A stretch of 51,235 bases of DNA from Coleofasciculus chthonoplastes F2-STO-03 (GTDB lineage: Bacteria > Cyanobacteriota > Cyanobacteriia > Cyanobacteriales > Coleofasciculaceae), in NCBI GenBank assembly GCA_040222015.1, contig JAVJWO010000174.1:1-51235 (forward strand), given 5' to 3'. Position numbers and translations under genes: made by a program. The notes beneath the pieces were generated by a model. The model was not told the DNA's origin, made no database searches, and saw only the letters and a program-made list of their open reading frames with translations. The stretch's first letter is position 1; the number at the start of each line of letters is the position of its first letter. This document shows, piece after piece, positions 40,915 to 51,060 of the stretch.

Positions 40915-43119
40915 CTACACCTGTGCAGGCTCAAATTCAGGCAGGATGCAGACACGGGCAAATTTGAGTCCTGTGATTCCTTGCAGTCTTTCCACCGCGC
41001 TGGATTCGATATGGGTATCTACCCAACCTTCACGGGCTAGGTAGCGTAAATATTGTTGATATTCCGTCCACTCGGCTTGAGTGGAATAGACAATCGTCAG
41101 CATCCCCGGTTGGGTAATGCGAGTTTGGGTGGTAGCGTCGAGGGCTTTATCAATCCGTTTTTTGACGATTTCGTAGCGGGTATCACGGGTACTACTGCGT
41201 AAATCGAAAATTTTTTCCGTTTGTTCGTCGTGGAAAATATCGACCGTGGTTTCCTGCACTAAGACTAGATGAGTGACTTGTAACGGATTGTCAAAGCGAT
41301 CGCGCATTTGAAAACAAGTCCTCGCACAGTCACAGATAGCCCTTAGCTGTTCGTAGCGCAGACAGTGGAGATGGAATACAGTAAACTGCGAGTTAATCGA
41401 AGCCCCCGCGTAGATCATGTGATCAATCCCATCAGTGAGTTCGTGATCACAATAGTGGGGGATAATCTGCTGCATCCGGATTTGCCACCGTTCCCAAGTT
41501 TGCCGCAGTTGTTCGTTAATCTCATAGATCATTCGATCATAGCGATCGCGGGCGGTATAAACACAGCCATGAGGATTGGCGCAGGCTTGTTTGTAGGCTC
41601 TCACCGCTTGCACCGCCGCGTCGCCACAGTCTTGGCAATAATCAAAATAAATTTCCAGATGATCCCTGAGATATTGAATCGCCGTCACCTCAGCCTCCGC
41701 CATCACTCCTTTTTCCAACTGTTTAATATAGGCGGACAAATCCAGGCGCAGTTGTTGCAACAAAGGCAAGTGTTGGTATTGGTTCGCCGCATCCACCACC
41801 GCCATTGCCAAATTGAACTGGCTGAGTAAATCGGCTTGGATAGATCGATTCCGTTCACTCGACGAACCCCGGATATCGGAAATCCCGTACATCGGATGGA
41901 CATCGGTAAACACAATGGGTTCTGGAGAAAGTCCCCAACTGCGGCGTTCCGCTTCTTCCAGAAACCGCCATTCTACGGCGGGATGGATATGATTAAATTG
42001 ACTTTGAGCCGCTTGACGCAGGGCGGCGGTTAAGGCGGGGATTAAGGCACAAGCATGGTTGATATCCAGGGAATCGAAATGATCCGCCTGATCACTGGTT
42101 AATCCTATCATTCCCATTAAGTTTTGGCTGGGGGTTTCGGCTTCAGCCGCTGTAACCGTGAGGGGAATAAGTAACAGGGAACGAGTACCCTGGTTGAACA
42201 ACGCCTGCTCAAACTCCGTTTGACAATGACTCTCTAAATTGGCGACAATCCAAACCTGATTCGCTTGGGCGGCTTCCTGGAAATGGGAACCTTGCAGAGA
42301 ATCCCAGGTATAGACTTGGGTTTGAATCAGTTGATCATTTTCGCTGGTAAACAGTTTCACCTCTTGGCGCTTCACCCGCAACAGCAGAATCTGATCAGCG
42401 CGAAACAGCGATCGCATTTTTTGCTCAAATAGGCGAAACTTCTCGGAACGCAAGAGGGAGTCGCGTTCGATCAGCAAGCTAATCAGTTGTCGAATTTTTT
42501 CTTGGTGGGTAACATCTAATCCTTCCCACAAAAGCTGACCCCTAACCCGATAATTCTCCAGATTTAAACGTTGTTCCCAGATAGGATTAAAGATGATTTG
42601 CTGAATCGATTGTTGGGATAAATCGATATCTGAAAATTCGTTAATTTCTGGATTAATCCGTTCAACCGTTAAATGTTCCGATCGCAGCCAAAATTGCACA
42701 CAATGGGGTTCGGAATCGGGGGAATTATTGAGAGCCGCGATCACAGGTTCATCTAAAAAGCGCCATTGGCTATGATTAATTTTATATACATCTCGTAATA
42801 TTAGTGCCAGTAAATGACGCCGATATAACTGTTCGAGGGTTTTAGCATCAACGTTTATAAATAAATCAAATAGGTGAATGCCCTGGTGTTGTAAGTTCCC
42901 CGTGGGAGCATTAATCCCAGTTAAGCGGCAAAAGGCATTATTGGCATAATACAGGGCGAAGTTACCCGGCTCAACCCACGCCATCAACAGTTTACTATGG
43001 TGCTGAAAACGCGCCAACCAATCATGATTTCCCGAATTCGCCTGATTTGTCATCGTCGTGCGATCGCTAAATGTTGATTCATCCGTTACGGGTTGAGAAT
43101 GGGAATTAGAGTTAGACAT
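40915..43119 (-). CDS. GAF domain-containing protein (PAS-like N-terminus)
   Basis: Start moved to ATG 43119 (GGAGG upstream); RSLLLIPL..MIGL GAF region; IHPAVEWRF, YGISDIRGSS, TDGIDH, YEIVKKRIDKA. Confidence 0.8.
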   Translation of the reverse strand: MSNSNSHSQPVTDESTFSDRTTMTNQANSGNHDWLARFQHHSKLLMAWVEPGNFALYYANNAFCRLTGINAPTGNLQHQGIHLFDLFINVDAKTLEQLYRRHLLALILRDVYKINHSQWRFLDEPVIAALNNSPDSEPHCVQFWLRSEHLTVERINPEINEFSDIDLSQQSIQQIIFNPIWEQRLNLENYRVRGQLLWEGLDVTHQEKIRQLISLLIERDSLLRSEKFRLFEQKMRSLFRADQILLLRVKRQEVKLFTSENDQLIQTQVYTWDSLQGSHFQEAAQANQVWIVANLESHCQTEFEQALFNQGTRSLLLIPLTVTAAEAETPSQNLMGMIGLTSDQADHFDSLDINHACALIPALTAALRQAAQSQFNHIHPAVEWRFLEEAERRSWGLSPEPIVFTDVHPMYGISDIRGSSSERNRSIQADLLSQFNLAMAVVDAANQYQHLPLLQQLRLDLSAYIKQLEKGVMAEAEVTAIQYLRDHLEIYFDYCQDCGDAAVQAVRAYKQACANPHGCVYTARDRYDRMIYEINEQLRQTWERWQIRMQQIIPHYCDHELTDGIDHMIYAGASINSQFTVFHLHCLRYEQLRAICDCARTCFQMRDRFDNPLQVTHLVLVQETTVDIFHDEQTEKIFDLRSSTRDTRYEIVKKRIDKALDATTQTRITQPGMLTIVYSTQAEWTEYQQYLRYLAREGWVDTHIESSAVERLQGITGLKFARVCILPEFEPAQV

Positions 43120-43330
43120 CGCAGGCGGGTTAACCTCCGGGGAATTGTCGGGAATGGAGTGTCGGTTTTTATGCCACATCAGGGTAAAAGGGTGATGAAA
43201 CCATAAGCCGTCTTTCCATTTGATCATAGAATTTAAAACTTGACAAGTGACGCGAAATATAGTCTTAAAATTTTGCAAAATTTTTCTCATAAACCACTTG
43301 TCATTAGTCGCGATTAACATAAACCCCATC

Positions 43331-44031
43331 GTCGGGTGGGTTAGGCGGTATTTAATTAAGCCAATCACCCTTAAATTCAATATCCGCCGTAACCCACCAA
43401 GCATAAAGTATATTGAGGCAAGATTAGGTAGGATGACTTAAGCGGTATTCAATTAAGAAAATAATCATCAAATGCAATTTCTGCGGTAATCAACCAATCA
43501 TAATGTGTGTTTAATTAGAATTAACCTTAACCCCGCCGTAGGGTGGGTTAGGCGGTGTTTAATTAAGCCAATAATCATTAAATTTGATATCCGCCGTAAC
43601 CCACCCAAATGGAATAGATATTACAATTAAATCGGGCGCACGTCAGACGTAGGGTGGGTTAGGCGGTGTTTAATTAAGCCAATAATCATTAAATTTGATA
43701 TCCGCCGTAACCCACCCAAATGGAATAGATATTACGATTAAATCGGGCGCACGTCAGACGTAGTGGCGTGGCACATCTTAATTGGTGGATTAGCATTGTA
43801 GGGGCGCAAGGACCTGCGCCCATTTTAACAGTAAAATCTCTCCCACAATTTTAGCTGTGTCACGCCGCCATCGTGAGTTAGGCAGTATTTAATTAAGCCA
43901 ATAACCCTTAAAATTGATATCCACCGTAACCCACCAAAATGGAGTAGATATTACAATTAAATCGGGCGCACATCGGTGCGCCCCTACGGTTTCTGGGCAA
44001 AATAATTGATCACATTAGGTGTGCCACGCCA
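43331..44031. repeat. Composite array of GTAG-REP/MITE units with a nested TIR element
   Basis: GTAGGGTGGGTTAGGCGG..CCGCCGTAACCCACC units, 111-bp period at 43538/43649/43760; nested element 43764-43866 with GGCGTGGCACA-type inverted ends. Confidence 0.85.
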
Positions 44032-44055
44032 TAACAAAGTGACGAACCTTACTTG

Positions 44056-47000
44056 TTAATCCGTTGCCACCATATCCCACAGCGCATCAATCCCACAGCC
44101 GATATAGTCGGAATCCTGGTGCTGCTCAATCCATTGCACGATAAGTGGCAAAATATCAGGGTTATTTTTGCCCAATTTACCTAAAGCTTCAGCAGCCGAG
44201 TCACACACGTCAGAATCGTCATCATCTAAGTGCAAAAGCAGAGCATTGACTACCTTTTCTGAACCTTGCCCCAACTTGCCCAAGGCATTGGCAGCCGAGT
44301 AACGCACAGTGGAATCATCCTCATCTAAGCGCAAAAGTAGAGCATTTATTACCCTTTCTGTACCCTGCCCTAACTTACCCAAGGCATTGGCAGCCGAGGA
44401 ACGTATATAAGAATTCTCATCATCTAAGTGCAAAAGCACGGCGTTGACTACTGTTTCCGTACCCTGCCCCAACTCGCCCAAAGCGTCCATCGCTACGGCA
44501 CGCACCATAGCATCCAGATCATCCTGATCATCCTGATCATCCTGATCATCTAAGCACAAAAGCAGAGCATTAACTACCCTTTCTATACCTTGTCCCAGCT
44601 TACCCAAAGCTTCAGCAGTCAAAATACGTACACCAGCATCTTCATCATCTAAGCGCAAAAGCAGGGCATTAATTACCCTTTCTGAACTCTCTCCTAACTC
44701 GCCCAAGGCATTGGTTGTCAAGAAACGTACTCTAGAATTTTCATCCTTCAAGCACAAAAGCAGGGCATTGACTACTGTTTCTGAACCCCGCCCCAACTTG
44801 CCCAAGGCATCGATAGCCGAGCAACGCACAAAATAATTTTCATCCTTCAAGCGCGATAACAGAGTGTTGATTATCTTTTGTGAACCCTGCCCTAACTTGC
44901 CCAAGGCACGGACAACAGAGGTACGCATACCACCACTCTCATCCTTTAAGCGCAAAAGTAGGGCATTGACTACTATTTCTGAACTTTGCCCCAATTCGCG
45001 CAAGGCATGGGCAGCCGAGCAACGTACACGTAATTCTTGATCATCTAAACCCAAAAGTAAGGCATTGACTACCCTTTCTTTCCCCTGCCCCAACTTACCC
45101 AAGTCATGGACTGCCCAGAAACGCACATCAGCATTCTCATCTTCTAAACGCGATAACAAAATATCAGTTACCGCTTCCTGTTCCCCCAACGCCGCCCGAT
45201 ATTCCAACAATCGCCCTTCACCAATCGCTTCCTCCCTTGCCTTCAAAAGTTCCAGCGCTTGCTGCTCAAAATCCGTCTCATTCAAATGGCAAAAAATATC
45301 GTAAACCTGCTGGCGAACTCTTTCGCCCACCCGCGCCTCATCACTCACCTCCAACTCCACTAATCCCGTCAAAATCTCCTCAACTAAACCCTTATCAGCC
45401 CCCTTCAACCCCTTAATATTTTCCGTCAGCAACGTGCCAGCCCAGAATAAATCCCGATGCAGCCATGACTCATACTCACTCTGATTATTCAAAATTGCCC
45501 GTATCGCTTTCGCTGCTTTCTTCGGCTTTTGTTGGGCAATCAACAACAACAAAACCTCTCGCCAATGCGGATCATGCAGATGCTCTCGAATATGATTGAG
45601 AATAATATCAAAATCCCCCTCATTATCCGCTTGATAATCAATCTCCTGAGCGCACAAATATTCCTGAAACGTTTTATGCACAAAAGCATAATAATCTTGC
45701 CCTTGTTCATTCAATAATCCCGTGCGTTCTCGGATAAAATTGACAAACCGCTCCGCCTCCTTCTTTGCTTCATAGCGTTGAATCTGTTTCAGGGTCTGAA
45801 TTTCTCGACTCAACTGATCAATCAAATCATCCTTCTCAATTAACGTTCCACCCTCTTTATCCCCGCTACTGCCGTGGGTATGAATCCAATATGCTAAGAT
45901 TTCCATCAACCGCCGTAAATCATCTAACTCTAGATACTTTAATTCAGTCTGATTCGTCAGTTCTTTATTAGCATCCCAGGACGTTAATAGGGTTTCCACT
46001 GCCTTATCATATAGCTTGTACCGTTCTTTCGGTAAATGAGCTTGATAGCGGTGAATTAGGGCAATAATCGTTAACAGTAGCGGATTTCGCGCCAGTAATT
46101 GAATCCGGGGATTATCGGACAATGCCGTTCTTAAACTCTGCTTACGCCGCTCTGCTTCTGCTTTATCGGGAACGCGGCTATCATACCAACGGTTAATAAA
46201 TTCCTCAATCTGGTCATCATTAAAAGGTTGTAACTGATAGTGAGGAAACTCCTGGGTTTTAAAGAAATCTCGCTTATATCCCGCCGGACGAGAGGTAATA
46301 ATCGCACGATTTTGGTTATATTGCCCCAGAAAATTCTCAATCCGCCGCACCACTTGATAACGTTTGCCTTCTTCGGCAACTTCATCCAAGCCATCTAATA
46401 AAATCAGCGCCCGCCCGTCTTCTAACCAATAGTTAAAAAATCCCTCTGGCAAGGGTTTAACTGCCATTGTATCTTCAGCAAACTGCCGCACATAATCGAG
46501 AATACTGATCTCCGGTTGTCGAGCCAAGTCGCGAATTTTAATTAAAATCGGTAGCCAATCTATAGTGGTATTTAACCCTAATCCATTGTTATCACTATCT
46601 CTATTATGTAATTCTCCTATCTCCCCCCTTTCAAAGGGGGGCTGGGGGGGATCTAAATTGTCAACCGCAGCGGAATCAATCGAGACATAATTTTGCTGCG
46701 CCAGCATCACAGCAAAATAACTCATTAACGTGGTTTTTCCCGAACCGGGCGCACCTAACAGCACGACTTTTTTCTGACGTATAGACTCCAGCCCTCCACC
46801 CAACAACTGCTGTGCATTAAACCGTCTACCTGCACGACTTTCTAACTCCACTCGTTTTCCTTGTTCGCGAAGTAAATCTAGTTGATTATTCTCAAATGAG
46901 TCATGTCTTGAGAAATAGAAACTATCCCATTTTTGCCGTTCTTCCACGACATCCGGCATCACAAAAATTTGGGCAAGATGTTCAGATTTTTCTATCTCTT

Positions 47001-47496
47001 GTCCAGGAACGGAAATTCCAGCAAACTTAACATCATCAAACCAATTGACCAATTGCTCACAATAATCAGCTTTAGCTACCTGAAACCTTAAATACTCCGT
47101 CGTTCGCTGAAAATAAGTACGAACAAATACCTCCATCCACGGCTGAACCAGCGACTCATCAATCCCTTTCATCTTGGAATTTTGTTTTGCCGCTTGTTTA
47201 AATGCGGCGACTAAATAATCAACATCTGGCATTCCTTGATTATTCAGCGGTTTCTGTAACTCGGCTAATCCAGAACCCTTGAAAAACTGTGCCAAAAACC
47301 GACCGATAAAATCTGGGGGACAGCTATAGAATAATAGTCTGTGTTGTTCCTGTGCTGTTTTTGTCGCCGCTTTTAAGGCTTTGTCTAAATCTTGAGGATT
47401 AAGTTTACTGCGAACTCCGGTGAGTAAGGTTTCCGCAATCTTTAAGGTGGCAAATTCGCCTAACCATCCAGCAAGCATGATTGATACGGGTTCCAT
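44056..47496 (-). CDS. NACHT NTPase + HEAT (PBS-lyase-like) repeat protein
   Basis: Start moved to ATG 47496; GAPGSGKTT, LLDGLDE, ITSRP, NPLLL, FVHKTFQEYL; about 11 HEAT units VR..AA.ALGKLG. Confidence 0.92.
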   Translation of the reverse strand: MEPVSIMLAGWLGEFATLKIAETLLTGVRSKLNPQDLDKALKAATKTAQEQHRLLFYSCPPDFIGRFLAQFFKGSGLAELQKPLNNQGMPDVDYLVAAFKQAAKQNSKMKGIDESLVQPWMEVFVRTYFQRTTEYLRFQVAKADYCEQLVNWFDDVKFAGISVPGQEIEKSEHLAQIFVMPDVVEERQKWDSFYFSRHDSFENNQLDLLREQGKRVELESRAGRRFNAQQLLGGGLESIRQKKVVLLGAPGSGKTTLMSYFAVMLAQQNYVSIDSAAVDNLDPPQPPFERGEIGELHNRDSDNNGLGLNTTIDWLPILIKIRDLARQPEISILDYVRQFAEDTMAVKPLPEGFFNYWLEDGRALILLDGLDEVAEEGKRYQVVRRIENFLGQYNQNRAIITSRPAGYKRDFFKTQEFPHYQLQPFNDDQIEEFINRWYDSRVPDKAEAERRKQSLRTALSDNPRIQLLARNPLLLTIIALIHRYQAHLPKERYKLYDKAVETLLTSWDANKELTNQTELKYLELDDLRRLMEILAYWIHTHGSSGDKEGGTLIEKDDLIDQLSREIQTLKQIQRYEAKKEAERFVNFIRERTGLLNEQGQDYYAFVHKTFQEYLCAQEIDYQADNEGDFDIILNHIREHLHDPHWREVLLLLIAQQKPKKAAKAIRAILNNQSEYESWLHRDLFWAGTLLTENIKGLKGADKGLVEEILTGLVELEVSDEARVGERVRQQVYDIFCHLNETDFEQQALELLKAREEAIGEGRLLEYRAALGEQEAVTDILLSRLEDENADVRFWAVHDLGKLGQGKERVVNALLLGLDDQELRVRCSAAHALRELGQSSEIVVNALLLRLKDESGGMRTSVVRALGKLGQGSQKIINTLLSRLKDENYFVRCSAIDALGKLGRGSETVVNALLLCLKDENSRVRFLTTNALGELGESSERVINALLLRLDDEDAGVRILTAEALGKLGQGIERVVNALLLCLDDQDDQDDQDDLDAMVRAVAMDALGELGQGTETVVNAVLLHLDDENSYIRSSAANALGKLGQGTERVINALLLRLDEDDSTVRYSAANALGKLGQGSEKVVNALLLHLDDDDSDVCDSAAEALGKLGKNNPDILPLIVQWIEQHQDSDYIGCGIDALWDMVATD

Positions 47497-47604
47497 CTCT
47501 GATTTGAGCAATCGCCTTTCATTGTTATTATTGCTTACTTGATTAGGGGCAGACAGCCAACAGAACGGGGAATGGTACTGACTTAATCTGGCTTTGTCTC
47601 GGCT

Positions 47605-47692
47605 AGAAGCGAAGACAGCGCTTACTACAAACCTGGCTTTGTAGTCGGTACGAAGCGTGCCAGAAGCGAAGACAGCGCTTACGACAAACCTG
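47605..47692. repeat. Direct repeat AGAAGCGAAGACAGCGCTTAC(T/G)ACAAACCTG x2 (REP-like)
   Basis: Two ~30-bp copies flanking TTTGTAGT. Confidence 0.7.
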
Positions 47693-47706
47693 CCGACCCA
47701 TGCTAA

Positions 47707-47724
47707 AATGTAAAGCAATGTAAA
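47707..47724 (-). promoter_or_regulatory. HLR1 (RpaB-binding) motif TTTACATT-N2-TTTACATT
   Basis: Exact fit to (G/T)TTACA(T/A)(T/A)-N2 direct repeat, 90 bp upstream of the gabD ATG. Confidence 0.6.
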
Positions 47725-47813
47725 TGTATTGTCTTTTACCAGACACCATCGCAGTAGACTTGAGAATGAAACTGCTAACTCCATCAAAAGTAATGGAGTC
47801 GAAGAGGAAGGCT

Positions 47814-49178
47814 ATGGGGATCGCCACAATTAACCCAGCAACGGGAGAAACGCTCAAAACCTTTGAGCCACTGAGTCATGAGTCGATAGAAGCCAAACTC
47901 ACCCTGGGACAACAGGTGTTTGAGTCGTACCGAAAAACGCCAATGGCACAACGGGCGAACTGGCTGAATGCGGCGGCGGAGATTCTAGAACGGGATAAGG
48001 TCAAGTTTGGTAAGCTGATGACCTTGGAAATGGGCAAACCGATCAAAAGTGCGATCGCGGAGGTGCAAAAATGTGCCTTGGTTTGCCGTTACTACGCTGA
48101 AAATGCGGCGACGTTTTTGGCAGATCATCATATTGCCACCGATGCCAGCCAGAGTTTTGTCCGCTATCAGCCCTTAGGTATTATTCTAGCGGTAATGCCG
48201 TGGAATTTCCCGTTCTGGCAAGTGTTTCGGTTTGCTGCACCCACATTAATGGCGGGGAATGTCGGTATCCTGAAACATGCCTCCAATGTGCCGCAATGCG
48301 CTTTGGCGATTGAGGACATTATAAAGGAAGCGGGGTTTCCGGAAGGGGCATTCCAAACCTTATTAATCGGGGCGAGTCAAGTTGAAGCCATTGTTAGTGA
48401 CTCCCGGATTAAAGCCGCTACCCTAACCGGAAGTGAACCTGCAGGCGCATCGTTAGCCGCTACCGCCGGGAAACACCTGAAGAAAACCGTGCTAGAACTC
48501 GGTGGAAGTGATCCATTTATTGTCCTGGAAAGCGCCGACTTAGACGCCGCCGTTACCACCGCCGTTACCGCCCGGATGCTGAATAATGGTCAATCCTGCA
48601 TCGCTGCTAAACGCTTCATTTTAGCCGATGCGATCGCGGATGAGTTTGAAAAACGTTTGGTTGAAAAATTTAAAGCCTTGAATGTGGGTGATCCAATGGA
48701 GGAAACCACCAATATCGGACCCTTGGCAACACCAAGCATCCTCCAAGAATTAGATCAACTGGTACAAGATTGTATAGCACAGGGAGCCAAAGTTCTGATT
48801 GGGGGGAAACCCTTAGATCGTCCCGGTCATTTTTACCCCCCCACCATCTTGGCGGACTTCCCCCCAGGAACCCCCGCCGACAACGAAGAATTTTTTGGAC
48901 CCGTGGCGTTATTGTTTAGAATTCCTGACATTAACGCGGCAATTGCTAAAGCCAATGCGATACCGTTTGGTTTAGGGGCGAGTGCGTGGACAACGGACGA
49001 AACCCAAGCCCAACGGCTCATTGACGAAATTGAAGCTGGGGCTGTCTTTATCAACGGGTTAGTTAAATCCGATCCCCGTCTACCTTTTGGCGGGATTAAG
49101 CGCTCCGGCTATGGACGAGAATTAGGAGTACAAGGAATTCACGAATTTGTCAACATCAAAACCGTTTGGTTGAAATAG
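47814..49178 (+). CDS. gabD: Succinate-semialdehyde dehydrogenase
   Basis: Start ATG 47814 ([12 protein letters not shown]); [45 protein letters not shown]. Confidence 0.93.
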   Translation: MGIATINPATGETLKTFEPLSHESIEAKLTLGQQVFESYRKTPMAQRANWLNAAAEILERDKVKFGKLMTLEMGKPIKSAIAEVQKCALVCRYYAENAATFLADHHIATDASQSFVRYQPLGIILAVMPWNFPFWQVFRFAAPTLMAGNVGILKHASNVPQCALAIEDIIKEAGFPEGAFQTLLIGASQVEAIVSDSRIKAATLTGSEPAGASLAATAGKHLKKTVLELGGSDPFIVLESADLDAAVTTAVTARMLNNGQSCIAAKRFILADAIADEFEKRLVEKFKALNVGDPMEETTNIGPLATPSILQELDQLVQDCIAQGAKVLIGGKPLDRPGHFYPPTILADFPPGTPADNEEFFGPVALLFRIPDINAAIAKANAIPFGLGASAWTTDETQAQRLIDEIEAGAVFINGLVKSDPRLPFGGIKRSGYGRELGVQGIHEFVNIKTVWLK

Positions 49179-49413
49179 TTAAGAACTATGGACGGGAGAG
49201 TACAGTAGAGGCTATTGTTAAAAAAACCGAATTTTAACAATAGGATTTTGAGCCTTAGCTTTGAATTTTTACCGGGGATAGCTAACAGCCAGTCCTAGCT
49301 GTAGCTCCCTCTAACTTGTCCTGCTGAAATTTCAGTAGGCACGACTTTCGACGAAATAGGACATCGCGCCAACCATCAAACGATAACCAAAGAAAATTAA
49401 GGGGAAAATTGAG

Positions 49414-51060
49414 ATGGGCGAAATGAATACAGCCGACATGCTAGTCAGATGCCTAGAAAATGAAGGCGTCGAATACGTGTTTGGATTGCCGGGGGAAGAA
49501 AACTTGCATGTGCTAGAAGCACTCAAGAACTCCTCCATTCAATTCATCACCACCCGCCATGAACAAGGGGCAGCCTTTATGGCGGATTTGTATGGACGTT
49601 TAACCGGAAAGGCGGGCGTCTGCCTTTCCACCTTAGGACCTGGGGCAACCAACTTAATGACTGGGGTAGCTGACGCTAATCTAGATGGCGCCCCTTTGGT
49701 GGCGATTACGGGACAAGTGGGAACCGATCGCATGCATATTGAATCCCACCAATACTTGGATTTGGTGGCAATGTTCGCCCCCGTAACCAAGTGGAACACA
49801 CAAATTGTCCGTCCGAGTAATACCTCGGAAATTGTCCGTAAAGCCTTCAAACTGGCGCAAAGCGATAAACCAGGGGCAGTTCACATTGATCTGCCGGAAA
49901 ATATCGCCGCCATGCCCGTTACGGGTGAACCCCTGACGAAAGATGAACGGGAGAAAACCTATGCCTCATTCCGGAGTATCGGCAAAGCCGCCGTTGCCAT
50001 CTCCAAGGCAAAAAATCCTTTAATTTTAGTCGGGAATGGGGCAATTCGCGCCCATGCTGCGGAAGCCTTGACCGAATTTGCCACCCGGATGAATATTCCG
50101 GTGATCAATACGTTTATGGGCAAAGGGGTGATTCCCTATACCCATCCGCTAGCGCTATGGACAATGGGATTACAACAGCGTGATCACGTTAGCTGTGCCT
50201 TTGATCAAACGGACTTAGTGATTGCGGTGGGTTACGATCTGATCGAATATTCGCCGAAGAAATGGAATCCAGAGGGCAAAATTCCAATTATTCACATTGG
50301 TGCTGCCCATGCGGAAATTGATAGCAGTTATATTCCGTTGGTGGAAGTGGTTGGGGATATTTCCGATTCGCTGAATGAAATTATGAAACAAGCGGATCGG
50401 GAAGGTAAGGCGACGCCCCATGCGGTGGAATTACGTTCCGATATTCGGGCGGATTATGAACAGTATGCCAATGATGAGGGGTTTCCGATTAAGCCGCAAA
50501 AACTCATCTATGACTTACGTCAGGTGATGGGACCCGAAGATATTGTGATCTCCGATGTTGGTGCCCATAAAATGTGGATGGCACGCCACTACCACTGCGA
50601 TCGCCCCAACACTTGTATTATCTCCAATGGGTTTGCTGCCATGGGGATTGCTATGCCGGGCGCGATCGGGGCTAAGTTAGTGCATCCTGATCGCCATGTC
50701 GTCGCGGTGACGGGTGATGGCGGTTTCATGATGAATTGCCAGGAATTGGAAACAGCCCTGCGAGTCGGCACCAATTTTGTCACCTTAATTTTTAATGATG
50801 GTGGCTATGGCTTGATTGAGTGGAAACAACACAATCAATTTGGCGACTCAGCATTTATTAAATTTGGCAATCCCGATTTTGTCAAGTTTGCTGAAAGTAT
50901 GGGGTTAAAAGGCTATCGGGTGAATTCAGTGGCGGAGTTTATTCCTACTCTGGAAGAAGCCTTAAGGCAAGATGTGCCGACGGTTATTGATTGCCCTGTA
51001 GACTATGGCGAAAATCTCCGCTTTAGTCAAAAAGCTGGGGATTTGAGTTGTAAGATGTAG
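49414..51060 (+). CDS. ThDP-dependent 2-oxoglutarate decarboxylase (acetolactate-synthase-like)
   Basis: FGLPGEEN, RHEQGAAF, GDGGFMMN ThDP motif; adjacent to SSADH as in the cyanobacterial TCA bypass. Confidence 0.85.
   Translation: MGEMNTADMLVRCLENEGVEYVFGLPGEENLHVLEALKNSSIQFITTRHEQGAAFMADLYGRLTGKAGVCLSTLGPGATNLMTGVADANLDGAPLVAITGQVGTDRMHIESHQYLDLVAMFAPVTKWNTQIVRPSNTSEIVRKAFKLAQSDKPGAVHIDLPENIAAMPVTGEPLTKDEREKTYASFRSIGKAAVAISKAKNPLILVGNGAIRAHAAEALTEFATRMNIPVINTFMGKGVIPYTHPLALWTMGLQQRDHVSCAFDQTDLVIAVGYDLIEYSPKKWNPEGKIPIIHIGAAHAEIDSSYIPLVEVVGDISDSLNEIMKQADREGKATPHAVELRSDIRADYEQYANDEGFPIKPQKLIYDLRQVMGPEDIVISDVGAHKMWMARHYHCDRPNTCIISNGFAAMGIAMPGAIGAKLVHPDRHVVAVTGDGGFMMNCQELETALRVGTNFVTLIFNDGGYGLIEWKQHNQFGDSAFIKFGNPDFVKFAESMGLKGYRVNSVAEFIPTLEEALRQDVPTVIDCPVDYGENLRFSQKAGDLSCKM

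Noticed and set aside
43120..43404. N-terminal extensions in the ORF track (also 23269, 37123, 37949, 47724, 47787)
   Set aside because: They run through repeats or intergenic DNA; downstream starts fit RBS positions and family N-termini
43331..44031. Possible CRISPR array
   Set aside because: Units are 70-111 bp, the intervening sequences are near-identical rather than unique spacers, and no cas genes are present
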